From the NCBI GenBank assembly GCA_046154225.1, contig JBJXEM010000007.1, positions 859 to 64,858 of the forward strand: a stretch of DNA of 64,000 nt, in the 5' to 3' direction. Made by a program: the position numbers and the translations under genes. Every line of letters begins with the position of its first letter. Positions within the stretch are counted from its first letter, which is position 1. The notes beneath the pieces are model-generated. The model was not told where the DNA came from. It did no database searches and was given only the letters and a program-made list of their open reading frames with translations. The DNA comes from Rickettsiales bacterium (lineage in GTDB: Bacteria > Pseudomonadota > Alphaproteobacteria > Rickettsiales > UBA3002). Positions 17,862 to 26,233 of this stretch are shown here, piece by piece.

Positions 17862-19193
17862 CTATTTGAACGAGTAGGAGTTCATCGACGGCGCACTGCG
17901 CGCCGCTTCGCCGTGTTGCGAGCTGTCGAGGCCGTGGCCTTCGGCGTCGGTGCCCACACGAATCGGCACAAACGCATCGACGACTTTCACAATCACGGCC
18001 GTTGCCACGAACGAGAAAATGGCCACCGCCAGCACGCCTTCGAGGTTGGCGATGAAGGTGCCCGTTTCACCGGAAACGAAATAGCCTTCCACCGCGACGG
18101 CCGGGTTCACGGCCTTACTGGCATACAGCCCGGTCATGACGGCCCCAACTACACCGCCCACGCCATGGCAGGCAAACACATCAAGCGAATCGTTGAGATG
18201 GGTGATTTTCTTCACCGCCAGTGCGGTGTAGAAACACACAATCGGCGCCACTGCCCCAATGATGAGCGATGCTTGCAGCGTCACGAACCCGGCGGCAGGC
18301 GTAATGGCCACCAGCCCCACCACGATACCGATGGACGAACCAACCGCGGTCGGTTTACCATGTACGCACCAGTCCAGCACCATCCACACCAAAAATGCGA
18401 CGGCAGCGGCAAGGAAGGTGTTCATGAACGCATACGACGCCAGCGCGCCCGAGGTCACGGCAGAACCAGCATTAAAGCCGAACCAGCCGAACCACAGCAG
18501 CGCCGCACCCAACATCACCATCGGCACGTCGCTCGCAACGGTCATGGCGCGGTCGCCACGGCGGCCGAACAGGAAGCCGCACGCCAATGCCGAGAAACCG
18601 GCCGTGATATGCACCACCAGGCCGCCCGCGAAATCGAGACCGCCTTTGGCTGCAATCCAGCCGCCCGGACCCCACACCCAATGCGCGACGGGCACGTAAA
18701 CCACAAGGCTCCATAGCACCATGATGATGAGCCATGCCTTGAAATTCACCCGCTCGGCGAAGGCCCCGGTAATCAGGGCTGGGGTGATGATGGCAAACAT
18801 CATCTGAAACGCCACATAGGCGAGGTTCGGAATCCCGGTCTCGCCGTACAACGTGTTTTCAAGCCCCGCGAGCATAAGGTTCGCGGTGCCGCCGATGTAA
18901 GCGGTGTTTTCAGTGAACACTAAACTGTAGCCCACCACCACCCACACAATGCCCACTATCGCGAGTGCGACGTAGTTTTGCAGCAGCGTGGAAACCACGT
19001 TTTTATGATGCACCATGCCGCCATAAAAGAAAGCGAGGCCGGGCGTCATGAGCATGACAAGCGCCGCCGATAGCAGCAGCCACGCCGTGTTTCCGGTGTC
19101 GATTTTAGGGGCAGCGTCAGCCGCCAGCGCAGGCACACTGAACAGCAGTGCCGCCATGGCCACAGCGGCCAGGCGAGGAAAAATTTTCAACAT
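17862..19193 (-). CDS. amt: ammonium transporter (Amt family)
   Basis: Signal-like N-terminus [24 protein letters not shown], with GGAG 5 nt upstream of ATG 19193. Motifs: [35 protein letters not shown]. Confidence 0.9.
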   Translation of the reverse strand: MLKIFPRLAAVAMAALLFSVPALAADAAPKIDTGNTAWLLLSAALVMLMTPGLAFFYGGMVHHKNVVSTLLQNYVALAIVGIVWVVVGYSLVFTENTAYIGGTANLMLAGLENTLYGETGIPNLAYVAFQMMFAIITPALITGAFAERVNFKAWLIIMVLWSLVVYVPVAHWVWGPGGWIAAKGGLDFAGGLVVHITAGFSALACGFLFGRRGDRAMTVASDVPMVMLGAALLWFGWFGFNAGSAVTSGALASYAFMNTFLAAAVAFLVWMVLDWCVHGKPTAVGSSIGIVVGLVAITPAAGFVTLQASLIIGAVAPIVCFYTALAVKKITHLNDSLDVFACHGVGGVVGAVMTGLYASKAVNPAVAVEGYFVSGETGTFIANLEGVLAVAIFSFVATAVIVKVVDAFVPIRVGTDAEGHGLDSSQHGEAARSAPSMNSYSFK

Positions 19194-19364
19194 AAGTGCT
19201 CCAATGATGGTTCTCAAGTTTACGCGCGGGAGCGGTCGGTGAGCCGCCACTCCTCTTTGTTCCTGCAAGCACTTATGCATCAGCGCTACTGGATTGTACA
19301 TCGCACCGCAACATTTTTTATGATGCAAACTTTACATGCCGGCGAAGCGGCGTATGGTGGAGGC

Positions 19365-20363
19365 ATGAACTTGTTTTCTACCTACTTTACAAAGCTCTCA
19401 GCCGCGCAGGACTCGGCTATCGACACCGCGCTCGGCCAAGCCGAAACACATTTGGACGGCGCATGGGGCACGGTCTTCGACACGCTGAGCGACGTTAAAT
19501 TCTCCATCGGCCATGTCGATCTGAACCTGTTTCTGATCCTCAAGGGCCTCGTCATTGTGTTCGTGCTGCAATGGCTGGTCAGCTCGTTACTTCGCCGTGC
19601 CGAGCGCCGATTACACAATCTGAAAAACATGCGCGCCAGCGACCGCACGCTGATTATGAAAATGCTCACGATCGGGCTTTATTTCCTCATCTGCGTGGTC
19701 GGCCTGCAATCCATCGGGGTCGACCTTACCGCCTTGTCGGTGCTGGGCGGCGCACTCGGCGTGGGCATCGGGTTTGGCTTACAAAAAATCGCCTCGAACT
19801 TTATTTCGGGCATTATCCTGCTGTTCGAAAAATCCATCGAAGTCGACGATTTGATCGAGATGACCGACGGCACCATCGGTTTCGTGCGCCAGACTTACGC
19901 GCGCTACACCCTGATGGAAGCCTATGATGGCCGTGAAATCCTGATCCCCAACGAGGAATTCATCACCCAGCGCGTGATTACCTGGACGCACACCAGCCGC
20001 CGCGTGCGCATCGAAGTGCTGGTCGGCGTTGCTTATGACTCCGACCTCGACCTCGTTGAAAAACTGGTGCTCGACGCCGCCCGCAGCCACCCCCAATGCC
20101 TGAGCGACCCCGAACCCAATTTCTTTGTCACCGCCTTTGGCGAGAGCAGCATCAACCTGCAATTATTCTTCTGGATAGACAACATCACCGATGGCAAATT
20201 ATGCGCTAAAAGCGACGTGATGCGCGCCATCGTGAAATCCTTCCGCGAGCATGGCGTATCCATTCCGTTTCCACAGCGTGAGGTGCGCATGCTGGACGAG
20301 GACGCGGACGCATCGACCAAGCCCACACCCCCTGCCCGCAAACCAGCCAAGCAGGCCGTATGA
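19365..20363 (+). CDS. mechanosensitive ion channel (MscS family)
   Basis: LGGALGVGIGFGLQKIASNFISGIILLFEKSIEVDDLIEM...ILIPNEEFITQRVITWT. The start is uncertain (19239 GTG, 19320 ATG or 19365 ATG). Confidence 0.8.
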   Translation: MNLFSTYFTKLSAAQDSAIDTALGQAETHLDGAWGTVFDTLSDVKFSIGHVDLNLFLILKGLVIVFVLQWLVSSLLRRAERRLHNLKNMRASDRTLIMKMLTIGLYFLICVVGLQSIGVDLTALSVLGGALGVGIGFGLQKIASNFISGIILLFEKSIEVDDLIEMTDGTIGFVRQTYARYTLMEAYDGREILIPNEEFITQRVITWTHTSRRVRIEVLVGVAYDSDLDLVEKLVLDAARSHPQCLSDPEPNFFVTAFGESSINLQLFFWIDNITDGKLCAKSDVMRAIVKSFREHGVSIPFPQREVRMLDEDADASTKPTPPARKPAKQAV

Positions 20364-21370
20364 GCATGCTCACCATCGGCGGCGAGGATATTGGCCGGGG
20401 CGAGCGGCGGCAATTATCGCTGATCGTCGCAAAGCTCTACGATTTCACCGACATGAAAATCCCCGTCGAAGTGGTGCGTGGCCAAGAGGACGGGCCCACC
20501 CTGTTTGTGTCCGCCGCGATTCATGGCGACGAAATCAACGGTGTCGATATCGTGCGCCGGCTGCTGAAGCACCGCGCCATGAAGCAACTGCGTGGAACGC
20601 TCATCGCCATTCCCATCGTCAATGTGTTCGGCTTCAACGACAAGTCGCGCTACCTGCCCGACCGGCGCGATTTGAACCGCAGCTTCCCCGGTGCCCAGCA
20701 CGGTTCGCTGGCCAGCCAGGTGGCGCATATTTTCCGTACCGAAATTGTCAGCCAATGCACCCACGGTATCGATTTACACACGGGCGCTATTCACCGGCGC
20801 AACCTACCGCAAATCCGCGCCGACCTCAGTTTCGCTCCCAACATGGAACTGGCCCGCGCCTTCGGCGTGCCGGTGATTCTCGACGCCTCCCCGCGCGACG
20901 GCAGTTTGCGCGAAATGGTGAACGAGCAAAATATTCCCATGCTGCTGTACGAAGCAGGCACGGCGCTGCGTTTCGACAAGCGCGCCGCCCTCACCGGCGT
21001 CGAGGGGATTTTGAACGTCATGCGCAACATTGGCATGTTACCGCCGCTGCGCTTCCCCAAACCCATGACCAATCCGCTGATTGCCACCGCTAGCCACTGG
21101 GTGCGCGCCCCCATCAGCGGCATTTTCATCACCCGCAAAAAACTGGGCGAATTCGTGGCCAAGGGCGATCCGCTTGGCTTCATCACCAACCCGTTTGGCG
21201 ACTATGAACACCGCATCGACTCACCCGACGACGGATTGATCATCGGCAATTCTATCCTGCCTCTGGCCAACGAAGGCGACGGGCTCTACCATATCGCTCT
21301 CGTCGACGGCAAAGACCTCCCCCGCGACGAAGAGCTGTATCCCTACATCGACCCGGAATTGCAGGAATAG
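20360..21370 (+). CDS. succinylglutamate desuccinylase/aspartoacylase (AstE/AspA) family zinc hydrolase
   Basis: ATGA overlap with the mscS-family stop. Motifs: SAAIHGDEINGV, IPIVNVFGF, DRRDLNRSFPG, IDLHTG. Confidence 0.8.
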   Translation: MSMLTIGGEDIGRGERRQLSLIVAKLYDFTDMKIPVEVVRGQEDGPTLFVSAAIHGDEINGVDIVRRLLKHRAMKQLRGTLIAIPIVNVFGFNDKSRYLPDRRDLNRSFPGAQHGSLASQVAHIFRTEIVSQCTHGIDLHTGAIHRRNLPQIRADLSFAPNMELARAFGVPVILDASPRDGSLREMVNEQNIPMLLYEAGTALRFDKRAALTGVEGILNVMRNIGMLPPLRFPKPMTNPLIATASHWVRAPISGIFITRKKLGEFVAKGDPLGFITNPFGDYEHRIDSPDDGLIIGNSILPLANEGDGLYHIALVDGKDLPRDEELYPYIDPELQE

Positions 21371-21404
21371 TGCAATTAGGCAGCGCTTTCTTACGCACTC
21401 AGCC

Positions 21405-21476
21405 TGTCATCCCGGCCTTGTGCCGGGATCTACCTTCCTTGAGAAAGATGGATCCCGGGATAACCCCGGGATGACA
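21405..21476. repeat. palindromic repeat family A, copy A1 (TGTCATCCCGG..CCGGGATC ... GATCCCGGG..CCCGGGATGACA)
   Basis: Two hairpin arms in inverted orientation. The architecture matches the copies at 32968, 42791 and 44278. Confidence 0.8.
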
Positions 21477-21488
21477 TTTTTCGGGCAA

Positions 21489-21629
21489 TTTATAGTCGAT
21501 TTGAATAAAAACTTTACAATTTTGTCATTCCCGCGAAGGCGGGAATCCACTTTTTCATGAAGGAGATTCCCGCCTTCGCGGGAATGACAAAATACATAGC
21601 ATGTACAAAATTTTCGAAACGACTATAAA
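21489..21629. mobile_element. MITE-like element family B, copy B1 (~141 bp)
   Basis: Terminal inverted repeats TTTATAGTCGATTTG / CGAAACGACTATAAA flank internal arms TTGTCATTCCCGCGAAGGCGGGAATC / GATTCCCGCCTTCGCGGGAATGACAA. The same element is inverted at 34910-35052 and diverged at 40168-40321. Confidence 0.8.
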
Positions 21630-21687
21630 TAGGTATTTATTGCCTAGTTAGTGGAGTTTTATTCCATAACTAGGCATTTTTTGCCTA
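21630..21687 (+). promoter_or_regulatory. two palindromic sites TAGGYA-N5-TGCCTA (putative enhancer-binding-protein UAS)
   Basis: TAGGTAtttatTGCCTA at 21630-21646 and TAGGCAtttttTGCCTA at 21671-21687, with centres 41 bp apart. They lie about 100-140 bp upstream of the sigma-54 -24 element. A related site sits upstream of flgB. Confidence 0.5.
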
Positions 21688-21776
21688 GTTTACATAATCC
21701 CTCAAATTTTAGCTAAATTTCAGCCATTTAACTGAAATCGCAGAAATCCGCCATTTTCACAGCTTTGGCCGACATT

Positions 21777-21796
21777 TGGCACGGCTGTTGCATAGT
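21777..21796 (+). promoter_or_regulatory. sigma-54 (RpoN) type promoter
   Basis: TGGCACggctgTTGCATAGT has exact -24 GG / -12 GC spacing. It lies about 45 nt upstream of ATG 21838. Confidence 0.7.
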
Positions 21797-21837
21797 CTTG
21801 GGCAAGCAGCAGCAAGCTGTACCAACAGGAGGTGAAT

Positions 21838-22053
21838 ATGACCAAACAACAACTCGAAGTGCACGCAACGATTCAATCCATGGCGGAAGAGCAAGTGCTG
21901 TTCCTGAAAAACCGCTACAAAATGAACCCCGAGGAAATCATCAGCCTCTACACCGGCGAGAGCAAGGCGAAAGCCACCTACTCCGACGCCATTCGCTCCA
22001 TCATGGTGTTCAACACCCAAAACGCAAAACAACACGGCTTCATCGCTTCGTAA
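21838..22053 (+). CDS. small hypothetical protein (71 aa)
   Basis: AGGAGG lies 5 nt upstream of the ATG (the track start 21832 is a GTG inside the SD spacer). A sigma-54 promoter lies upstream and an intrinsic terminator downstream. No homology recognised. Confidence 0.65.
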   Translation: MTKQQLEVHATIQSMAEEQVLFLKNRYKMNPEEIISLYTGESKAKATYSDAIRSIMVFNTQNAKQHGFIAS

Positions 22054-22153
22054 CGTTATCGGCGCCACCGGCGAAGTCGGTGGCAGAAAAGGCGAGTCGC
22101 CTCGGCAAGTAAGAATTCGGCGCATGGCGCCAGACGAACACACCATCCTCACT

Positions 22154-22187
22154 GGGTCACTTAGCAATAAGTGACCCATTTTTTTTT
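22154..22187 (+). terminator. rho-independent terminator
   Basis: GGGTCACT (22154-22161), an 8-nt loop, AGTGACCC (22170-22177), then A plus T9. Confidence 0.8.
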
Positions 22188-22214
22188 GACGCTCCTCGCG
22201 GATTCATGTATGTA
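22186..22214 (+). promoter_or_regulatory. sigma-70-like promoter of pilin-like gene 1
   Basis: TTGACG (22186-22191), a 17-nt spacer, TATGTA (22209-22214), with a T-run upstream. The predicted TSS coincides with ATG 22221, so the mRNA would be leaderless or near-leaderless. Confidence 0.5.
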
Positions 22215-22220
22215 AATTAT

Positions 22221-23036
22221 ATGTTTTTTCCTCAGCGCTCAGCCACCCAAGCCTTCAGCCTCGTTGAGCTTAGCATTGTGCTGGTAATCCTGGGTCTGCT
22301 CACGGGCGGCATTCTGGCCGGACAATCCCTAATCCGCGCGGCGGAGTTACGGGCAGTCACCACCGAATATGCGCGCTACGTCACCGCCGTGCAAAGCTTT
22401 CGTGACAAGTATTTTGCCATTCCCGGCGATATGCCCAACGCCTCACAGTTCTGGACCTCCATCCCCGGTACGGTGGGTTGCACTACCTCCACCACCTGCG
22501 GCAACGGTGATGGCGGCGGCACAATCACCCCCCCTGCGTTCGTGGCGAGCAGCTATTCCGAGAACCTTCAAGTGTGGAATGAACTGGCCTTGTCCGGGTT
22601 GATTGAAGGCAGCTATCCCGGCACCACCGGGCCGACAAACGGCGGCAATGGTGCGATGGATACCATTCCGGGCACTAACTCACCTAAATCTAAACTGTCG
22701 AATGCAGGTTGGGGCGTTTGGTGGGGTCCGCCCGGGTATCCGGGACAGCCGAATATCTATGCCGGTAACTTTGGCAATTCCCTTGTTTTTGGTGGGGTGT
22801 ATGGCGGTTTTGCGCCCATTGGCTCCCGCTTGAAGCCGGAGGAAGCGTGGAACATCGACACAAAGCTGGATGATGGCGTGCCCAATAAAGGCAAAGTCTA
22901 TGCAGGAAATCCCGGAACCTGCACGCTGGTATCGCCCGGTGGTGCCGCATCGGCAGGTACCAGCACGACGCCGGAAGTGTATAGCCTGCAAAGCAGTACG
23001 GTGGGCTGTGCGCTGTTTTTCCCCGGGGCGTTTTAA
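22221..23036 (+). CDS. prepilin-type N-terminal cleavage/methylation domain protein (pseudopilin/pilin-like), paralogue 1
   Basis: MFFPQRSATQA|FSLVELSIVLVILGLLTGGILAG has Glu at +5 and Ala instead of Gly at -1. The ORF-track start 22206 lies inside the predicted -10 box. Confidence 0.75.
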   Translation: MFFPQRSATQAFSLVELSIVLVILGLLTGGILAGQSLIRAAELRAVTTEYARYVTAVQSFRDKYFAIPGDMPNASQFWTSIPGTVGCTTSTTCGNGDGGGTITPPAFVASSYSENLQVWNELALSGLIEGSYPGTTGPTNGGNGAMDTIPGTNSPKSKLSNAGWGVWWGPPGYPGQPNIYAGNFGNSLVFGGVYGGFAPIGSRLKPEEAWNIDTKLDDGVPNKGKVYAGNPGTCTLVSPGGAASAGTSTTPEVYSLQSSTVGCALFFPGAF

Positions 23037-23094
23037 CTACAAAATCGTCGGATTCGCAGCGCGGCCGCTGTTCCAAATGCAGCATATGACTTTT

Positions 23095-23123
23095 TTGACA
23101 ATGTGCCCATACTAACGTATTAT
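23095..23123 (+). promoter_or_regulatory. sigma-70-like promoter of pilin-like gene 2
   Basis: TTGACA (23095-23100), a 17-nt spacer, TATTAT (23118-23123). ATG 23130 is 6 nt downstream and no SD is present. Confidence 0.55.
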
Positions 23124-23129
23124 TGTTAG

Positions 23130-23939
23130 ATGAATTCACTCCCACGCTCTGCCCGACTCGCCTTCAGCCTCGTTGAGCTGAGCATTGTGCTGGTGATTTT
23201 GGGTTTACTCACCGGCGGCATCCTCGCGGGACAATCCCTCATCCGTGCGGCGGAGTTGCGCAGCATCACCACGCAAATTAATCTCTACACCACCGCCGCA
23301 CAAACTTTCCGCGACAAATATTTTGCCATCCCCGGCGACATGAACAACGCGACCGCTTTTTGGGGGACCGATAATGTAGGCTGCCCCAATGGCGGCGGCA
23401 GCACGGGAACTTGCAATGGAGATGGAAACGGACAAATCGGATTAATAGCGAGTGGCTGCGAAGCGCAAGAGTTCTGGCGACAGCTTGCGCGTGCAGGCCT
23501 GATAGAGGGCAGCTATACACCTCTCACTGCATCCGCCTGTTATGACCTGCCAGTATTGGGCACAAACATTCCAAAAACAAAATTATCCAATGTCGGTTTT
23601 GGAATCGCTTACACAGCGAATATTGTGAGCAATGCGGGAGGCTCATTTCCAAGTAACTTCCTTTACACGGGCAGTTATGGAAATGCATTCTACATTGGTG
23701 GCAATAACATCAGTGGCGTCAATTATCTCCAAATGGTGCCCGCCTTCAAAGTGGAAGAAGCCTGGAACATTGACACCAAGATGGATGACGGGCGACCCGA
23801 TTTGGGAAGCGTTACTTCGGTATTATTAGGCCCCTACAATTCCGGCTGCGCCACCAGCGCCACCCCCGGTAGCGCCGCTTATAACCTGAGTAACACTGCC
23901 GGCAGCCAATGTTCGCTGGTGATAAAATCCGGGCTTTAA
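23130..23939 (+). CDS. prepilin-type N-terminal cleavage/methylation domain protein, paralogue 2
   Basis: MNSLPRSARLA|FSLVELSIVLVILGLLTGGILAGQSLIRAAELR is near-identical to paralogue 1 over the first ~70 aa. Shared C-terminal motif EEAWNIDTK(L/M)DDG. Confidence 0.8.
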   Translation: MNSLPRSARLAFSLVELSIVLVILGLLTGGILAGQSLIRAAELRSITTQINLYTTAAQTFRDKYFAIPGDMNNATAFWGTDNVGCPNGGGSTGTCNGDGNGQIGLIASGCEAQEFWRQLARAGLIEGSYTPLTASACYDLPVLGTNIPKTKLSNVGFGIAYTANIVSNAGGSFPSNFLYTGSYGNAFYIGGNNISGVNYLQMVPAFKVEEAWNIDTKMDDGRPDLGSVTSVLLGPYNSGCATSATPGSAAYNLSNTAGSQCSLVIKSGL

Positions 23940-23972
23940 AGAATTGTCGGGTTCGGCGCATTGCCCTGTTCC

Positions 23973-24049
23973 TGTCACCCCGTCGCATGACGGGGTCTGC
24001 GCCTAAAAATATTGAGGTGCGCGGATGCCGTCATGAAGACGGCATGACA
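23973..24049. repeat. palindromic repeat, family A-like variant (A5)
   Basis: TGTCA-CCCCGTCgcatGACGGGG-TC ... GA-TGCCGTCatgaaGACGGCA-TGACA. It has the same TGTCA/TGACA termini and two-hairpin layout as family A, with different stems. Confidence 0.65.
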
Positions 24050-24071
24050 GGTGAGGAGTTTTGCTAGGTAT

Positions 24072-24530
24072 TTACAAAATCGTCGGATTCGGCGCGTCGC
24101 CGTAGACCTTCAGCGGGTCGAACATTTTTTTGTCTTCGCGGAATTCTAGGGTGTGTGACGCTTCTTCACCCAGCGGCACGGCGCGGTAGAAGCAGCTGCG
24201 GTAGCCTACGTGGCAGCTGGCGTCACCCGGGATATCGACCGAAATCCATACCGCGTCCTGGTCGTCGTCGATGCGCATTTCGCTGACTTTTTGCACGAGG
24301 CCCGACGTCGCCCCCTTGTGCCAAAGCACCTGGCGGCTGCGGCTGAAATAATGCGCCTCGCCGGTTTCAATGGTTTTGCGCAGCGCTTCTTCGTTCATGT
24401 AGCCCAGCATCAGCACCTCGCCGGTTTTGGCGCTGGTGGTGACGCAGGCAATGAGGCCCTGCGCGTCGAATTTCGGCGCGAGCTCGTTGCCTTCTTCGAC
24501 TTGTTCGATGGTTTTTCGTGGATTGAACAT
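24072..24530 (-). CDS. hisI: phosphoribosyl-AMP cyclohydrolase
   Basis: [69 protein letters not shown]. Confidence 0.9.
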   Translation of the reverse strand: MFNPRKTIEQVEEGNELAPKFDAQGLIACVTTSAKTGEVLMLGYMNEEALRKTIETGEAHYFSRSRQVLWHKGATSGLVQKVSEMRIDDDQDAVWISVDIPGDASCHVGYRSCFYRAVPLGEEASHTLEFREDKKMFDPLKVYGDAPNPTIL

Positions 24531-24538
24531 AGCTGTCT

Positions 24539-24633
24539 CGTGAGTGGTGAGTGGTGGGTGGTGATACAGGAAAAATCCTGGCGGCTGCCAGCAAAACTTT
24601 CACCACCCACTACTCACTACTCACCACTCACCC
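24539..24633. repeat. heptad (GTGNGTG)n inverted repeat, family C copy 1
   Basis: GTGAGTGGTGAGTGGTGGGTGGTGA ... TCACCACCCACTACTCACTACTCACCACTCACCC. It fills almost the whole 105-bp gap between the virB9-like stop (24636) and the hisI start (24530). Confidence 0.8.
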
Positions 24634-24635
24634 TA

Positions 24636-25433
24636 CTAAAACGGCTGATACTCACGGATTTTGTCGGAAATCTGTTTGTCGGGTGCGGGGGTGCGCACGA
24701 AGGGCACACGCTCGTTATACACACAGAGAATTTCAGCCCCACGGCGCAGAGTGAAGCGCGAGCTGACGCGCTCGACCACGATATAATTGCCGCGCTTGCG
24801 GAAGTTGATGAGCTGCTCGTTCCCGCCGCCATCCACGTTGAAGAAGGCCGGAACCTCAGCGTTTTTGTCGCGCATTTCGAAATAGGTAAACTCACCATCG
24901 TCAAAAATGCGAATGGGTTCGATCACGTTCGAACCGCGCACGGAATAATTGAAGTTATATTTTTCTGGGTTTTTATCCACGTCCGGCAGCGGCTCGAATT
25001 GGCTGAAATCAATTCCTGCGTTGTCGTCGGGGTAAATAAAGCGCAGGCTGAAAATCAGGTCTTTGTCGCGAATATCCTTGGTTTCCTCGGCATGCAGCTC
25101 GAACAGGTACGAGCGTTTGTCGGTGATAACCGTCATGTTGGTCAGCGCGTTCTGCTCGATCGGCTTCAGGAACAAACGATTGCCTGAAGGGTTGACCAGC
25201 CACGCCACGGAATCACCGATCGAGACCGTCTGAATTTTTTCGTCCTCGGCGAATTCGATGGTCGACTGATAGCTGTAATGGCCGATGAACTGGTACACTT
25301 CATTCGGGCTATAGCGCACCGTGCGGATGCGGCTATCGGTCGCAATCGGGCGCGGCGTTTGCAGCGCCAACGCAGGTGCCGCCATGCACAGCCCAACCAA
25401 CAATAGCAAACTAGCGCGCGGGAATAATGTCAT
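24636..25433 (-). CDS. virB9: VirB9/TrbG/CagX-family type IV secretion outer-membrane core protein homologue
   Basis: Signal peptide MTLFPRASLLLLVGLCMAAPALA. Motifs: VRYSPNEVYQFIGHYSYQSTIEFAEDEKIQTVSIGDSVAWLV, TNMTVITDKRSYLFEL, and the C-terminal IFDDGEFTYFEM...LINFRKRGNYIVVERV. Confidence 0.8.
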   Translation of the reverse strand: MTLFPRASLLLLVGLCMAAPALALQTPRPIATDSRIRTVRYSPNEVYQFIGHYSYQSTIEFAEDEKIQTVSIGDSVAWLVNPSGNRLFLKPIEQNALTNMTVITDKRSYLFELHAEETKDIRDKDLIFSLRFIYPDDNAGIDFSQFEPLPDVDKNPEKYNFNYSVRGSNVIEPIRIFDDGEFTYFEMRDKNAEVPAFFNVDGGGNEQLINFRKRGNYIVVERVSSRFTLRRGAEILCVYNERVPFVRTPAPDKQISDKIREYQPF

Positions 25434-26130
25434 AACTGACTACCTGAAACTGAGGATCCTGGGTGGTGGTGATGGGGCGGCCCGCCTCATCCGTACCCGG
25501 GGTGACAACCATGGGAGTGTAGTAATATTGCAGCCGTGTCGTGCCCCGTGCCGGTATGGTGCTAACCGCGAGATTGATAAGCTCGGAACGCCAACTGATA
25601 GTGGCCGTACGCGGCTCGACCTTGTCGTCGATAACAACACTGTCGATGAAAAGCAATCGCTGGCCGTTATAGCCCAATTGCGCCGCCAGGCTTTGTGGGT
25701 TGGTGCTGCTGTACTGCTTGGCGAAATAGGCCGCCGTGGGTTGGTCGGAATGGGCAACAATGAACGCGTAATTGCTAGTGTAATGGCTGTATTCATAGCT
25801 CTCACGCATTTTCACATAAAGCGCGATCAGGTTTCGCTCCATCGCAGGCTCGATGGGTGCACCGGTAGGCTTGATACGCTGCACGTGGGGCACCACGTCG
25901 TCGGGGCGGTCCGAGCGAATGACAATGCCGGGCCGCGAGGTAAGGGGCAGTAGGCTGGTCATGGCAATGATGCCAAACAGGGCCACGAAACTGGCAAGCA
26001 TGGCCACCAACAGAAAAAAGCTGCGTTCCGAGATCGGGCCGATGTATAACGCAGCGTACCACGCGCGCGATTCCTTGTAGTAGGCCCCGCTACGGATCAT
26101 TTCGGCTAGCTGCTTTGCATCGTCGCTCAT
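25411..26130 (-). CDS. virB8: VirB8-like type IV secretion protein homologue
   Basis: Likely start at ATG 26130 (MSDDAKQ...). Features: YYKESRAWYAALY, a single TM (FFLLVAMLASFVALFGIIAMTSLL), then a periplasmic domain with LIALYVKMRESYEY. It overlaps the virB9-like start by 23 nt. Confidence 0.6.
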   Translation of the reverse strand: MSDDAKQLAEMIRSGAYYKESRAWYAALYIGPISERSFFLLVAMLASFVALFGIIAMTSLLPLTSRPGIVIRSDRPDDVVPHVQRIKPTGAPIEPAMERNLIALYVKMRESYEYSHYTSNYAFIVAHSDQPTAAYFAKQYSSTNPQSLAAQLGYNGQRLLFIDSVVIDDKVEPRTATISWRSELINLAVSTIPARGTTRLQYYYTPMVVTPGTDEAGRPITTTQDPQFQVVSYDIIPAR

Positions 26131-26233
26131 GGCCTTCGAATCGCTAAAATTGTAACATTTTCCGTGCAGCTTACCGGGCAGTGTGGTAATGTAAATAACA
26201 ATCACAAAAACAACAGGCTGGTGTGGGTATTTA

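Noticed and set aside
19194-19364. NtrC/sigma-54 control region upstream of amt
   Set aside because: The only TTGCA-containing candidate (ATGCATaagtgcTTGCA, minus strand) lacks the invariant -24 GG. No TGCACC-N5-GGTGCA sites were seen.
24636-26130. Complete type IV secretion system locus
   Set aside because: Only VirB8- and VirB9-like genes are present. No VirB4/B6/B10/B11/D4 or pilin genes are adjacent, so the pair is reported as orphan instead.
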